Origin: Octopus vulgaris
Lineage: Eukaryota
DNA: 64,000 nucleotides
Reading direction: 5' to 3'
NCBI GenBank assembly: GCA_951406725.2
Contig: OX597828.1
Span: 15,438,001-15,502,000 of the forward strand
Shown: in pieces, positions 1 to 12,812 of the stretch
Numbering within the stretch: the first letter of the stretch is position 1
How the letters are laid out: the number at the start of each line of letters is the position of its first letter
The notes under the pieces: generated by a model
Told to the model about the DNA's origin: nothing
Databases searched by the model: none
Seen by the model: only the letters and a program-made list of their open reading frames with translations
Translations under genes and position numbers: made by a program

Positions 1-1804
1 GTGTGGTACTTTAAGCAAGCATCTTCTACTATAGGCCTCGGGGCTAAGTGAACCAAAGTCTTGTGAATGGATTTGGTAGATAGAAACAGAAAGAAGCTCA
101 TCATGTGTGTGTGTGTGGGGGGGTGAAATGGGAAAATTGAGATGGAAGAAGTGATGTCAGCTATTGGACCAGCTATTGGTGATAGGGTCCCCAATGTCAG
201 ATGGAACAACATATCAATTTAAAAACCTTGCAATGGCATCAGCTGAAGTATTGATTTAAGAACAAGCAGACTTGCAACAACTGAAGCAACCACTATCTTT
301 TGTTGGTTTCAGTCACTGGACTGCGGCCATGCTGGGGCACAGCTTTGAAGGGTTTTAGTCAAACAAATTGGCTTTCTGTACTTATTTTTTAAAACCAGAT
401 ACTCGTTCTATTGGCTTCTTTTGCCACACCGTTAAGTTACAGGGACATAAATAAACCAACACAAGTTGTCAAACAATGGGGTGGGGTACAAACACAGACA
501 CAAAACACACAACACACATATACACATTACACAAACTAGATTGATTTTCAGTGCTAATATGGATATATGTGTATCAGTATACATGTATGTGAGTGTGTGT
601 ATGTTTGTGTCTCCTTGTCTTGACATCACTCACATGATAGTTGTAAATGAGTGTCACTGTCATACAAGCAGTGTCATTCATTTCCATTATTCTGCAAAGT
701 CATGCCAGGACATGTGAAAATATTATCTTGTTTGGAAACAAGCTAGGGTTAGTGAAAGGAAGGGCATCTGGCAGTAGAAAATTTGCCTTGATAAGCTCTG
801 GCCAACCCATTCAACCATAAAGAAGAGGATGTTAAAATACTAATGGTCGTGGTTATAGGAATGGCCTGTGTGATTAAGAAATTCAGTTTGGTTCTGAATT
901 TGGTCTCACAATGAAGCAACTCATATAATTGCCATCTTCAACCACAATGGTGATGTGTTGACCAAAGCCTTGAGACTGAAACTTGATAGATGGAATCTAT
1001 GAAGAAGTGCAGAGTATATGGATGTGCGTGTGTGTGTGTGTGTGAACATACATATATGTGTGTGTAGGTATGGGATGAATACTTGCTGTGCTGATCCCAA
1101 AAATGACTGCATTGAACAAAAATCCTCAAAGACAACACTCCCAGCATGGCCTCAGCCTAATGGCTGAAATTGATAAAAAAACAGAATTGGATTTTTTTTC
1201 AGCGTTGTAAAGACATTGGGTGATTATCTTTTAAAAGCACTTCTATCTCTTCATGCCAAGCTCTACCCCATCTGAGATTAATGAGGGAAATTAGTCAATT
1301 AATGAATCACTAATCTGGGAAATGTCAAATTAACTTGATCAATAGTGTTTCATTTAATTTATTTTTCTGATGCATGTGCATAGTATTTTAACAAAGATAA
1401 AGTTAAAATTAGCAGGAAATCAGTATAACTAATTAATGCTAACAATAATGACAACTGAACAGCAAAGCCAAAAAACAAAAAAAAAGAAACGGAAAAAGTA
1501 ATAAAAAAATGTACTAGTCAAAGAGTACAAGAGGGTAACAAAAGTTAGAGTTAGAAAAACATTTATAAATTGAAAAGAAATTTACTAAACACTCAATAAG
1601 AGTATTATTTAGGCAGATTTAAAGAGCAGTGGAAACAACTGAAAGAGTAGACAGGTGTCTTTTCAGAATTCTTGCTCTACAATGCACTGGGGCTCTGCTT
1701 AGCACTGCTTTTCATGGTAGTAAGCAGAAGAGAGTCTGATATTCTTCTCCTAGATAGAATATTACCCCTTTTGTGACTCCATTTCTGTTAAAGCACACTT
1801 CCTT

Positions 1805-2250
1805 TCATCATCACCATCATCATCATTTAGTGTCTGCTTTCCATACTGGCATAGGTTAGATGGTTTGATTGGAACTAGTAAGCTGGAGAGCTGCACCAGG
1901 TTCCAGTCTGATTTGGCATGGTTTCTATGGCTGGATGCCCTTCCTAATGCCAACCACTCTGAGAGTGTAATGAGTGCTTTTTATGTGCCACTGGCACAGG
2001 TGCCATTTACATGACACCTGTAACAGTCATGACTACAATTTCTTGGGTGCCATTTACATGAAACTGTCAATAGCCATGACTATGGTTACACTTAGCTTGA
2101 GTCTTCTCAAGCACAGCGTATCGCCCAAGTCACAACCACTTATTATTGTCTCCATGAGGCCCAGTATTCGATGATCCCTTGTCTTCCTACAGGTTCCCTC
2201 CAGTTAGAGCCCAGCACTTCTTTACACAACTGTTCTCATCCATATGTCCT
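1805..2250 (-). mobile_element. 5'-truncated RTE LINE (ORF end, 3'UTR, (GAT)n tail)
   Basis: MDENSCVKKCWAL matches MDEERCVKKCHS of the 31 kb RTE ORF. It is followed by the family 3'UTR (ggttggcattaggaagggcatccag) and an (atc)n tail. Confidence 0.7.
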
Positions 2251-3214
2251 TTATCTAAATTAATTTGGAACATAACAAAGAGTTTATTAAAAATAACTGT
2301 CATTATTAAGCTGGTGTTGAGGTTGCAAGCTGGCAGAACTGTTAACCTACCAGACAAAATGCTCAGTGGCATTTTCTTTGTCTTTGCATTCTGAGTTCAA
2401 ATTGCACTGAGCTCAACTTCACCTTTCATTTTTTTTCAGAGCTGATAGATTAACCACCAGTCAAGTACTGGAGTTGATGTAATCAACCAGATCCCCTCCT
2501 CAGAAACTACTGGCCCTGTGCCATAATTTCAAATTATTATTAAGCTGGTTCTAACATGAAATTTTAATGAAAGGTTATAATTGAGATCAGTCAGAGCAAA
2601 CTGTGTAACTCGTAGGACTTTTTGAATGGCACACCAATAGAAAAATTACCTTGAAATAATTTTAATAGTGCAGCCCAACTGATTCTGATCCATGTCTCAT
2701 GCAGCTCACTCCTTGAAAAGGGTTGTCTGACTTTAAATTACAGAACCAAGGGTGCTCTCGGGTAGCCTAATACCCAATAGGTTAATCTATAAAATGCAAT
2801 TTATTCCACATGAAGTGAGCTGAACTCAGTCCAGTAAAGTAACAATACATTCATCAATTTTAGTATTCTGTCACTATTGTTTACAGTGGCAAGTTATTCT
2901 TACCTTTCAGTGCCTATATATACATATATATATATATATCAAGTCTTTATGTTGTCATCATCATTTTGGTAACTTTTTATGCTTACATGGCTCTCCTCGT
3001 TGGGTTTGGGGACCATTTCTTACCCGTACATTCCATTTTGACATGTTTTCTACAGGTGGATCTTTTTCCTAATACCAATGATTCTACAGAAAGTGAAAGT
3101 ACTGGGTGTATTTTTATTGTGGCGCCAGCACTAGAGAAGTTGTCATGTCCTCAACAAGACTCAAGAGTCCTCTCTGCCGAACAGAGATTCTGTTTGTTAA
3201 AAGGAAACATGACA

Positions 3215-3385
3215 GGCGCAGGAGTGGCTGTGTGGTAAGTAGCTTGCTAACCAACCACATGGTTCCGGGTTCAGTCCCACTGTGTGGCATCTTGGGCAAG
3301 TGTCTTCTGCTATAGCCTCGGGCCGACCAAAGCCTTGTGAGTGGATTTGGTAGACGGAAACTGAAAGAAGCCTGTCGTATATATG

Positions 3386-3416
<31 letters not shown>

Positions 3417-3639
3417 GTGTGTATGTATTTGTGTGTCTGTGTTTGTCCCCCTAGCATTGCTTGACAACCGATTCTGGTGCGTTTATGTCCCCGTTACTTA
3501 GCGGTTCGGCAAAAAGAGACCGATAGTATAAGTACTGGGCTTACAAAAGAATAAGTCCCGGTGTCGAGTTGCTCGACTAAAGGCGGTGCTCCAGCATGGC
3601 CGCAGTCAAATGACTGAAACAAGTAAAAGAGTAAAGAGT
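3215..3639 (+). mobile_element. Dominant tRNA-derived SINE, full-length copy (about 25 further full or partial copies in the window)
   Basis: tRNA-like head with A box (tggctgtgtggt) and B box (ggttcagtccc), an internal (TA/TG)n tract and an (agtaaaag)n tail. Other copies include 13411-13806(-), 13915-14318(+), 21008-21417(-), 22897-23325(+), 26868-27258(-), 33215-33606(-), 33970-34380(+), 48125-48535(-), 57055-57492(-), 58339-58762(+) and 61822-62190(+). Confidence 0.9.
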
Positions 3640-6120
3640 ATGACTGCAAATGTAATAAGAGAGGAGGTTATGGAAGAGAGACAGTAACTGGAAGCTACAT
3701 GTTACAGGGTGGTGAACTAAGGAACAATAAAAGTTGGTAAGAAAGTGATACTTAATCATCACTGGTATAACTAGATTGTGTAATTTCAATGCTGGAAGTA
3801 GAACTGCTATATGTTTTGCAGAATTGAGCTTACTTCTGACAGTAAAAGGTACCTACAACATATCAGTTTCACATCCAAGAAAGATTCAACTCTCAGCCAG
3901 TTAAAACTACAAAAACCAGAAATAAACATCAGTTATATGGGTCCTTGTTGATTTGGAAAGAGTTAGTAACCAAAGAGAAATAAATTTATTGCAGATTTAT
4001 TGTACTCTTCATAATAAACTATTAGGACAGAAGAGTAGAATTCTCCAAAATATTGAGAATGGTATATATGGGAAAAGAGATTACGGAATGTACATAATCT
4101 TGTGCAGTGGCTATGCAAGAATAAACCATAATAGATGTTTACAAAAATTGATGTTTATGGCTGAAACAAAGGCATGTACTTGTCCAGACATGCTGCAGTT
4201 TTGATTTGATTGGCTTGGTGTCTTGCTGATTCTATCTAGCAGAGACAGACAACAGTTGATTGGTGCTCCATTACAAGGTTCATCCAACAAAGAAAGCAAG
4301 ACAGGCGCTGTTTTAATAGATTGCACATACTGACCAAGCAACAGATGAATGTGAAAAAACACCACTGCATCACTATTTGTTGTAGTCACTCAACAAACTT
4401 CAAACATCTGCAAATTTCTCTGATGTTTCCCTGTATTAATTAAGGAAGTAGTTTGTCCAGAGAACTTTAAAGAACAAACAGTCTCATCTTACTCTGGAAC
4501 AATGCCAAGTGGTAATGTCCCATTTCTAGCTGAGCTATTTACACTGAAAATTTGGTAATATGCTTAGGCTGTTACAATTTATTTCACATATCGAGAACAT
4601 GTGTAATGATCTCCAGACCAGCCTGAGATTGTTTCTGATATGGGAAGAAATGAATGCTGTTAAGAATATCAAATCCAGTTCAGTACTTGAATGAAACTTA
4701 CATTAATTCTATACTGAACTGGCCAGGGTTTGGGTTCATAAAGAAAGCCCAAGGCCAAGAGGAATGAAAATAAATGGTAAGAAGAATTTAGGTACCTCAA
4801 TAACAAATCTGTAATGAGAATGACTTAATTCTGAATAAATAGTTCTAGAAGGGCTGGATAAGCTGAGAGGTGAAACTTGAAGTTCCCGTTAACTTTTACA
4901 ATAAATTTGATCTTACTCTCAGTATTAAGCCACCCCATTATTAAAAGTTTTCTTTATTATTTATCATCATTTAACATCCACTTTTCCATGTTTGCATGAG
5001 TCAGATGGAATTTCTTGGGCAGAAATTCTACGACCAGATACCCTTCCTGTTGCCAACCCTCGCCGATTTACAAACAAGGTAATATTTTCCCACAGCTGGG
5101 CATGTTTTTTATGGATGACTAAAAACCAAGACCTTTTCATGAAAAGGAAGCTCACTAACAACTATCATGTGATATCTAAACAGTGGTACACATAAGCACA
5201 CACACATATATGTGTGATGGGCTTCTTTCAGTTTCCATCTACCAAATCCACTTACATGGCTTTGGTTAGACTGGGGCTATAATAGAAGACACTGACCCAA
5301 GGTGCTGTATAAAGGGACTGAACCCAGAACCACCATGGTCAGAAAGCAAGCTTCTTGACCACACAGCCATGGCTGACATCCCATCAGTATATGTTCTGTT
5401 GTTATTTACCTTTTATCTTGTTTCAGTCATTGGACTGTGGCCATGCTGGAGCTCTTTCTTGAAGGGTTTCAGTTGAACAAGTCAATCTAAACAAACCCCC
5501 AGAACAAATTATTCTTAAGTCTGGTACTTACAAGTCTTTTTTGCCAAATCACTAAGGGGGATGTAAACAAACCAATACTAGTTGTCAAGTGGGGTACAAA
5601 CCCTCATAAGGCTTTGGTTGCCATGGGGCTATAGTAAAAAAACACTTGCTCAGGTGCCACACAATGGGACTGAACCTGGAACCATGTGGTTGGGAACCAA
5701 ACTTCTTATCACAGTTTTAAAATAATGATTGTATCAAACATTACTGTTTTAGCTATGTGATTCGGGAATTTACTTCACAATTTCATTACATCACACTATA
5801 TGGAACCTCTGCCTTCTGCCATAGTTTTGAGATGGCTCAAGCCATTTGAGTGAAGCTGAGTAGACATAAACAATGCAGAAACTTCTTGATCAGCAGACTG
5901 AAGAATTTACTGCCCAGTTTAAAATTATGACCTGGCCCTTTAGTGCTCTCAGTGAAGTCCACTCTGTTGCAAACATTCAAATCAAGTTTCAAATACTGGA
6001 TGTCCTGCATAAGGTTATAGGCATTGCCTTTCTTCTCTGATTGAGTCACATTTTTTAAAAAGTCTGCCAGAGAATATTCAAGTTAAATTTAATGTCAATT
6101 GGTTATGACCATGGTGTATG

Positions 6121-6379
6121 TATTATCTCTTGTGAAAGGTAGGAGAGTCCAGTTTGCTGGACATTGTTGTAGAGCTGAAAACGAGGCAATTTCTACTCTT
6201 CTCCTCTAGAAGCCATCTACTCGCGATACCAGAGGGTGCACACTCTCCTTTCCTGATGCAATCTCCAGGGATACAGGCATCCAGCAACAGGACCTCCGTA
6301 ATGCTATGATGGACCGTGAAGTCTGGCGTAGCATAGTAAATTCCATTGTCTCGACCACGGTCGAACAATGATGATGATG
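6121..6379 (+). mobile_element. RTE-type LINE 3' end, second family
   Basis: Translates as RRVQFAGHCCRAENEAISTLLL*K...DLRNAMMDREVWRSIV, a typical RTE C-terminus with an internal stop, ending in an (atg)n tail. Confidence 0.7.
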
Positions 6380-8242
6380 TATGATACCAAAAATGTTCAT
6401 TTTCTGGGTTTAGATTTGTTAAATCTAAACACAGCAATACAATCAATAACACTGGGCATTAAATTATATACTACTCCATGTTTGTGGGTAACAGTTTCAG
6501 CACAAGTGATCAGGAAATAACAGTTGGAATTTAAGGGAGATAATTCTTTTATGACTAGCATTTTAGTAAACATATGTTTTGTTTTGTTTTCTGTCCAGTT
6601 AACATAAGAGTGCATAATGTAATTCTTAAAAAGAAAAAAATAGAATGAGAGAAAATGTGAATTATTATATTTAAATTCGTTTTTGGATTTGGTTTGAGAG
6701 TGAAGACGACTGAAAAGGTTGCAAGATGCAACGAAAATTTTAGGAAAATAAAAATAAGAAATAAGTGGAAATTTTACCAGTGAGTGTGTTAAATTATTAG
6801 GCACAAAAAGAAAATGACTCTCCCCAGACACAACAGAATTGTATTTAATCTTTTCTCCATAAATGTCATTGAAAAGAACAAAGAATCAAAACTCAGAGGA
6901 AAATCAAAGAAAAAAAATGAAACATTAATTATGTTGCAAAAAATATAAAGGACAAGACTGAACATATTATCATTGTTTTGATGGTACAGATATATGAAAA
7001 ATTGAAAATGTCACAGAAGTCACATAGGAGCCCTGGAGTAAGAATTGTGAAGTTGTGATTTCTCTTTCTCTTTTTTTTTTTTCTTTTTTCTTATGTCTAA
7101 GGATAAATTTATGGTAATACAAATAATTCAAACATTTTATATCATGAAGAAGATGTGGGATCCCAGGTTTTCAATGCAAGTCCCTCATCCTTCAGAGAGG
7201 GAAAGTAAACAATATAGTGGTCAGTCTTTTAGGATATCAGACTGTGAAATGGGAAAACTGAGATGGAAGAAGTGATGTCATCTATTGGACCAGTTATTGG
7301 TGATAGGGTCTCCAATGTCAGATGGAACAAAACATCAATTTAAAAACCTTGCAATGGCATCAGCTGAAGTATTGATTTAAGAACAAGCTGACTTGCAACA
7401 ACTGAAGCAACCACTATCTTTTGTTGGTTTCAGTCACTGGACTGCGGCCATGCTGGGGCACAGCTTTGAAGGGTTTTGGTCAAACAAATTGGCTTTCTGT
7501 ACTTATATTTTAAAACCAGATACTCGTTGTATTGGCTTCTTTTGCCACACTGTTAAGTTACAGGGACATAAATAAACCAACACAAGTCGTTAAACAATGG
7601 GGTGGGGTACAAATACTGACAGAAAACACACAAAACACACAACACACACACACACACACATACACAATACACAAACTAGAGGCTTCCGCTCAGTTTCTGC
7701 CTATCAAATTCATTCACAAGGCATTGCTTGACTCATGGCCATAAGCAGAAGTAACTTGCCCATGGTGCCATGCAGTGGGACTGAAACTGAAGCCATGTGG
7801 TTATAGAGCAATTTTCCTAACCACACAGCCACGTGTGTACCTAAAGAGAGAAGAATAAAATTTAACTGAAAAAAAAACCCAAAAATAAACTAGAGTATCT
7901 CAATCATTAAGTAATCACTAAATTTTTTTTTTTCCTATTTATGTCAAATGTTATCATCTGGGACATTAAATTTCCTTCCTGTGTGTGAAATATACTCGCT
8001 ATGGTGATTTTTAAAAGCAACAACAGCAATATCAACAACATTGAAGTGAAATTAATGTTAACTTTTTAAGGTTAGTTAACGAGACTGAAAACAAAACATT
8101 AACACTCTAAGAATAATTAATTAAGATTGGTGATTATTTTTTAACCTCCACAACAATAATAGTTGAGGTGAAGGCCTGCCTGTCTGTCTTTCGCGGAAAC
8201 TTGTACAAAGTACAGAAAAATGGTGACAGGACAAAACACACC

Positions 8243-8283
<41 letters not shown>

Positions 8284-9144
8284 GCACATTCACATGTATA
8301 GACACATTGATATCTCAATTATTTTAATACTGTCTGTCTGTCTGAAGAACAAACCAATGAAACAGTGAAAACATTCCCTCTCTCCCAGTGGCGTGTATGT
8401 ATACATACCTACATGGACAAACACACAACCATACACCTGGGTACATACAAAATATACAAACACAGACAGGTGCACAATCGATTATTGATGCAGTGAAGAC
8501 TTGTAAAACATTCCAAAAATTCTGTCAGATGAAATTCTGAGATGAACACACTTGAAATCAGTGTGTATATGACATACATACACACATAATGAGTAATCAG
8601 ACACACACACACACACACAAATTGCATGCACACTTAACAACACACACACAAAATAATCCCTCACGGAATAATTACACAAGCAAAATAATCACTCACACAC
8701 ACATACACACACAGAATAATCACAGAATAATCACACAGATACGTAATCAAAGTGTGTATGTGGTACACATACACATATAACAAGTACACACACACACATC
8801 TAGTGCATTCATTACAGGAGTGCTAGTATTTCCACACTTACACCTCTGTATAGCCTGAGACTCCTGTCTAGTAAAAATGTATGACAGGAGCAACTGAAAC
8901 AGATCCAGTTAATCACTTGACATATAAACTCAGATTTCATCATGCGCCGACCACCGCCGCCACCACCACTACTACTACTGCTACGATGACAACGATGGTG
9001 ACGTCCTCAACATCATCCGAGGCCAATTTTAATCCTTTCAGGGTTGATGAAATAGTACCAGTCATGCACTGGGGTCAATGTAATTGACTAGTCCCCTGCC
9101 CTTCAAATTCAAAGCCTTGTGCCTTTAGTAGAAAGGATTATTGG

Positions 9145-9650
9145 AAGTATGCTGTGTGTGGGAAAACTCAGCAGGACAAGTGAGACCATAACCCGTGGCC
9201 TCTACCTGGGACGTAGCCAGCCCACTTATGCATACCTTTCCTTCTTGTGACACAAACCCTACTTGTGAAGACCTGTTGAGGCAAGTGAAAATCAAAATCA
9301 AAATTGAAATCGATCAACATCAATGGAAATTATACCAGTGCCGGTGGCACGTAAGAGAACCATCCAAACGTGGCCGTTGCCAGTGCCGCCCCGACTGGCC
9401 AACGTGCCGGTGGCACATAAAAAGCACCATCCGATCGTGGCCGTTTGCCAGCCTCGCCTGGTACCTGTGCAGGTGGCATGTAAAAAGCACCCACTACACT
9501 CACGGAGTGGTTGGCGTTAGGAAGGACATCCAGTTGTAGAAACACTGCCAGATCAGACTGGGCCTGGTGCAGCCTTCTGGCTTCCCAGACCCCAGTTGAA
9601 CCGTCCAACCCATGCTAGCATGGAAAATGGACATATGATGATGATGATTA
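9145..9650 (+). mobile_element. RTE LINE 3' end with long 3'UTR containing gtgccggtggcacgtaaaaagcacc repeats
   Basis: KYAVCGKT resembles RYAVTAKT at the end of the 31 kb ORF, and the element ends in a (gat)n tail. The same UTR occurs at 45006-45350(-), 51820-52160(+) and 52161-52340(-). Confidence 0.7.
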
Positions 9651-10534
9651 TTATTATTATTAAGGCAGCGAGCTGGCAGAATCATTACTACGATGGATAA
9701 AATGCTCGCATAGTCTAATAAGACCCAACAGATCAAAAGATTACATCTTGTTCCTTGGTCCTTGTTTAGGTTTGCTTTCTAAGGTTGGACACCCATTCCT
9801 AGCACTCAATGCTTTACAGAATGTACTGGCTGTCACTGGCACCACCATCATTTTATGCTAGCTTCCCATACTGATATGGGTTGGATGGGCTGATAAGACC
9901 ACAACTTGCACCTATGTCTCAGTTTTGGCTTACTTCAATATTTCGATACCCCTTCCTAGCACTATTTTACAGTGTGTACCGGATGCATTTTTTCATGGCA
10001 CCAGCACTAGAGAAGTTGTCTTATCCTCGACAAAACTAAAGAGTCCTCTCAAGCCCTTTGTTGACTCTGCCTGTTCACCAACCACTGTATGTATATATTA
10101 TATAAGGAAATTTATTCAAGATGTATTTTTTGTTGTTTAGCTTCAGACCAACTCTGGCAGAGTAGGCACTGTTCCAGCTGTGATCACCTTCCTCCAAATG
10201 AAACTATTTCAAATATTTTTTAACAAAGTCAGTAGGCTGTGATTTGAGGGAGATTTGGTTGCTACTTCAAGCAGACTGAGCTATCAAAGAGAACTACATA
10301 CACTGAGGTACCTTTCCTTTTTTTAAGACTTTCAAAAGGTCATGAGCACAACCCCTTTTTACAGACCAAGCTATTAAAAATAGTGGGGGAAAAAAATCAG
10401 TAAGCTGTGAAATAAGAGATATTTGACAGCTGTCTCAACGGGTTAAATTACTGTGTAACCAATGCCAGCTTAAAGCACAAGCATACTGTGCACTTATCTG
10501 AAGGCTCAGCAACAGGTCTAGGGACCCCAATATA

Positions 10535-11105
10535 CGAGGGACGTTCAATAAGTAATGCCCCTGACCCACTTGCAGTTGTTTGATCTAGCTGAAATTTTGC
10601 ATGTGCAATTATTCATATCTCTATAGATTAGGTGGAAAATTACAGCTCTGAACTAATTGCGGTTTCTGATTTACAGGTGTTTGAACTGAGTCAAGTGTGA
10701 AATGGAGCAACAAAGGCATCCTCCTCCTGCAGGACAACGCTCCGGTCCACAACTCGCTTGTCGCCAGATCAGAAGCACAGGCGTGCGGCTATGAACTCCT
10801 CCTCCATCCCTCTTACTCTCCTGACCTTGCACCCTCTGATTTTCACCTCTTCCCAGCCATGAAGTTGTTTTTGAAAGGAAAGCATTTACCAGATGATGTA
10901 GCCTTGATTTCTGAAGTCACGTCGTGGTTGGAGGACCAAGCTGGGGTCTTCTACAAAAACGGTCTCCAGAGCTGCATCAAACGATGGGAGAAATGCGTAA
11001 CTCTGGGTGGTTTCTATGTAGAAAAAGACTAATAACTGTGCCAAGTTTCGTTGCTCTACTGCTATGGGAAGTGGGTCAGGGGCATTACTTATTGAACGCT
11101 CCTTG
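10535..11105 (+). mobile_element. Internally deleted mariner (DD34D) transposon
   Basis: TA-flanked TIRs (cgagggacgttcaataagtaatgcccctgacccactt / aagtgggtcaggggcattacttattgaacgctccttg). ORF 10697-11032 carries QDNAPVH...YSPDLAPSD with D34D spacing. Confidence 0.93.
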
Positions 11106-12575
11106 TATGCTGTGACTTGCAGTTAACAAATAAATACCATGGGCCCCAATGGGTTGCTATAATGTTAGTAAGATGGCCTTGCAAGATAGTCTTACTCTTG
11201 TACTCTTACTTGTTCCAGTCATTTGACAGTGGCCATGCTGGAGCACTGCCTTGCATATTTTTTTAGATTGCTATATATATTTTCATGGAGGTGGTAGGGG
11301 AGACTTGTCCAAAAGTGTTCTGTTAACATGTTTTATGTGATTAATGTTTTCTAGGCACAGGCATGACTGTGTGGTTAAAAAGCTTACGTTGCAACCACAT
11401 GGTTCTGGGTTCAGTTCCACTGCATTGCACCTTGAGCCAGTGTCTTTTATTATAGCCTTGGGCTGACCAATGTCTTGTGAGTGAATTTGTTAGATAGAAA
11501 CTGTGGAAGCCTGTCACATATGTATATATGTGTGTGTGTGTACGTTTGTAGGTGCAAGTGTGTGTATGTGTGTGTGTGTGTATTTACCACCAGCAACACC
11601 ACTTGACAACCAATGTTGGTTTGTTTACAAACCCTTAACTTAGCAGTGTGGCAACAGAGATCAATAAAATAAGTATCAGACTCAAAAAATAAGCACTGAG
11701 TTCAATTTGTTTGACTGAAAACCCTTCAAGGTGGTGCCCCAGCATAGCCACAGTCCAATGACTGAAAGTAGTAAAAAATATAAAATATATATATAGGCTA
11801 CCACTGCTCTGACCACAATCCCTAATCCACAAGTCAGAGCTGACAAGGGAGCCTCTACATGGTTTCTTAACCTGCTAGAAAAAGCAGCCAAATCACTCAC
11901 AGTCAAATCCCTGTTGTCTTAAAGAGAAAATATAAATTGGATAATATGGTCCTAAATATTACACCATATTCTGAAAATAAGATGGGGTTGTTATAACCCC
12001 AAGATTCCAAGTTCAATTCCAGGCAGTGACCTGAACAACAACAACAATGACGAAAAATACCCAGGTTCGAAATTTCCCCATAACACCTGATGAAGGCTGG
12101 AGAGCATATCAGCCAAAACGTTTTGTTAACAACAAACAAGATGAGGAAAAATATCCGTCAAATGTAAATAATGTAAATCATGTTTTACTATCCTAATCTT
12201 TTAGGTTTTACTTGTTTTCAGTTATTAGGCTGTGGCCATGCTGGGGTACCACTTATGAGAGAGTAGTCAAACAAATTGACCCAGGTACTTATATTTTAAG
12301 TCTGGTACTTATTCTATCAGTCACTTTTACTGATCTGCTAAGTTACAGGCAATGGGTTTCTATACAGATTCTGTCTACTAAATTTACTCACAAGGCATTG
12401 ATCAGCCTGGAGCTATAGTAGAAGATACTTGCCCATGGTGCTGTGCAGTGGGACTGAACCCATATTCACATGGTTAGTTGCAAAGTGAGCTTCTTAACTC
12501 CACGTCTTGAGAAAAAGAAATCCATTGTGTATTATAGTCTTAAATAAAATTGCTTGAAATAAAGATAGAATAACC

Positions 12576-12812
12576 TATTTCTTTACTACCCAAAAGGGGC
12601 TAAACACAGAGGAGACAAAGAAGGACAGACAAACGGATTAAGTCGATTATATCGACCCCAGTGCGTAATTGGTACTTATTTAATCGACCCCGAAAGGATG
12701 AAAGGCAAAGTCGACCTCGGCGGAATTTGAACTCAGAACATAGTGGCAGACGAAATACGGCTACGCATTTCGCCCAGCGTGCTAACGTTTCTGCCAGCTC
12801 GCTGCCCTTTAT
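12576..12812 (-). mobile_element. tRNA-derived SINE with Nin/Deu-like central domain
   Basis: Head ggcagcgagctggcagaaacg...gagttcaaattcc, core gtcgactttgcctttcatcctttcggggtcgat, and 13-bp TSD agatagaataacc (12563-12575 / 12813-12825). Many older copies occur at 16.8-18.4 kb, 35.3 kb, 43.8 kb and 44.3 kb. Confidence 0.85.

Noticed and set aside
3114-3467. Recurrent ORFs containing RLPNPLTRLWSARGYSRRHLPK / GTEPGTMWLVSKLLTTQP
   Set aside because: They are antisense readings of the dominant SINE, not a protein family.
4111-4389. 92-aa minus-strand ORF in unique DNA as a TMEM110 exon
   Set aside because: No similarity to any expected STIMATE segment.
8140-8215. SFRERQTGRP as TMEM110 exon 2
   Set aside because: The spacing is wrong, there is no W.IW motif, and there are no convincing splice sites.
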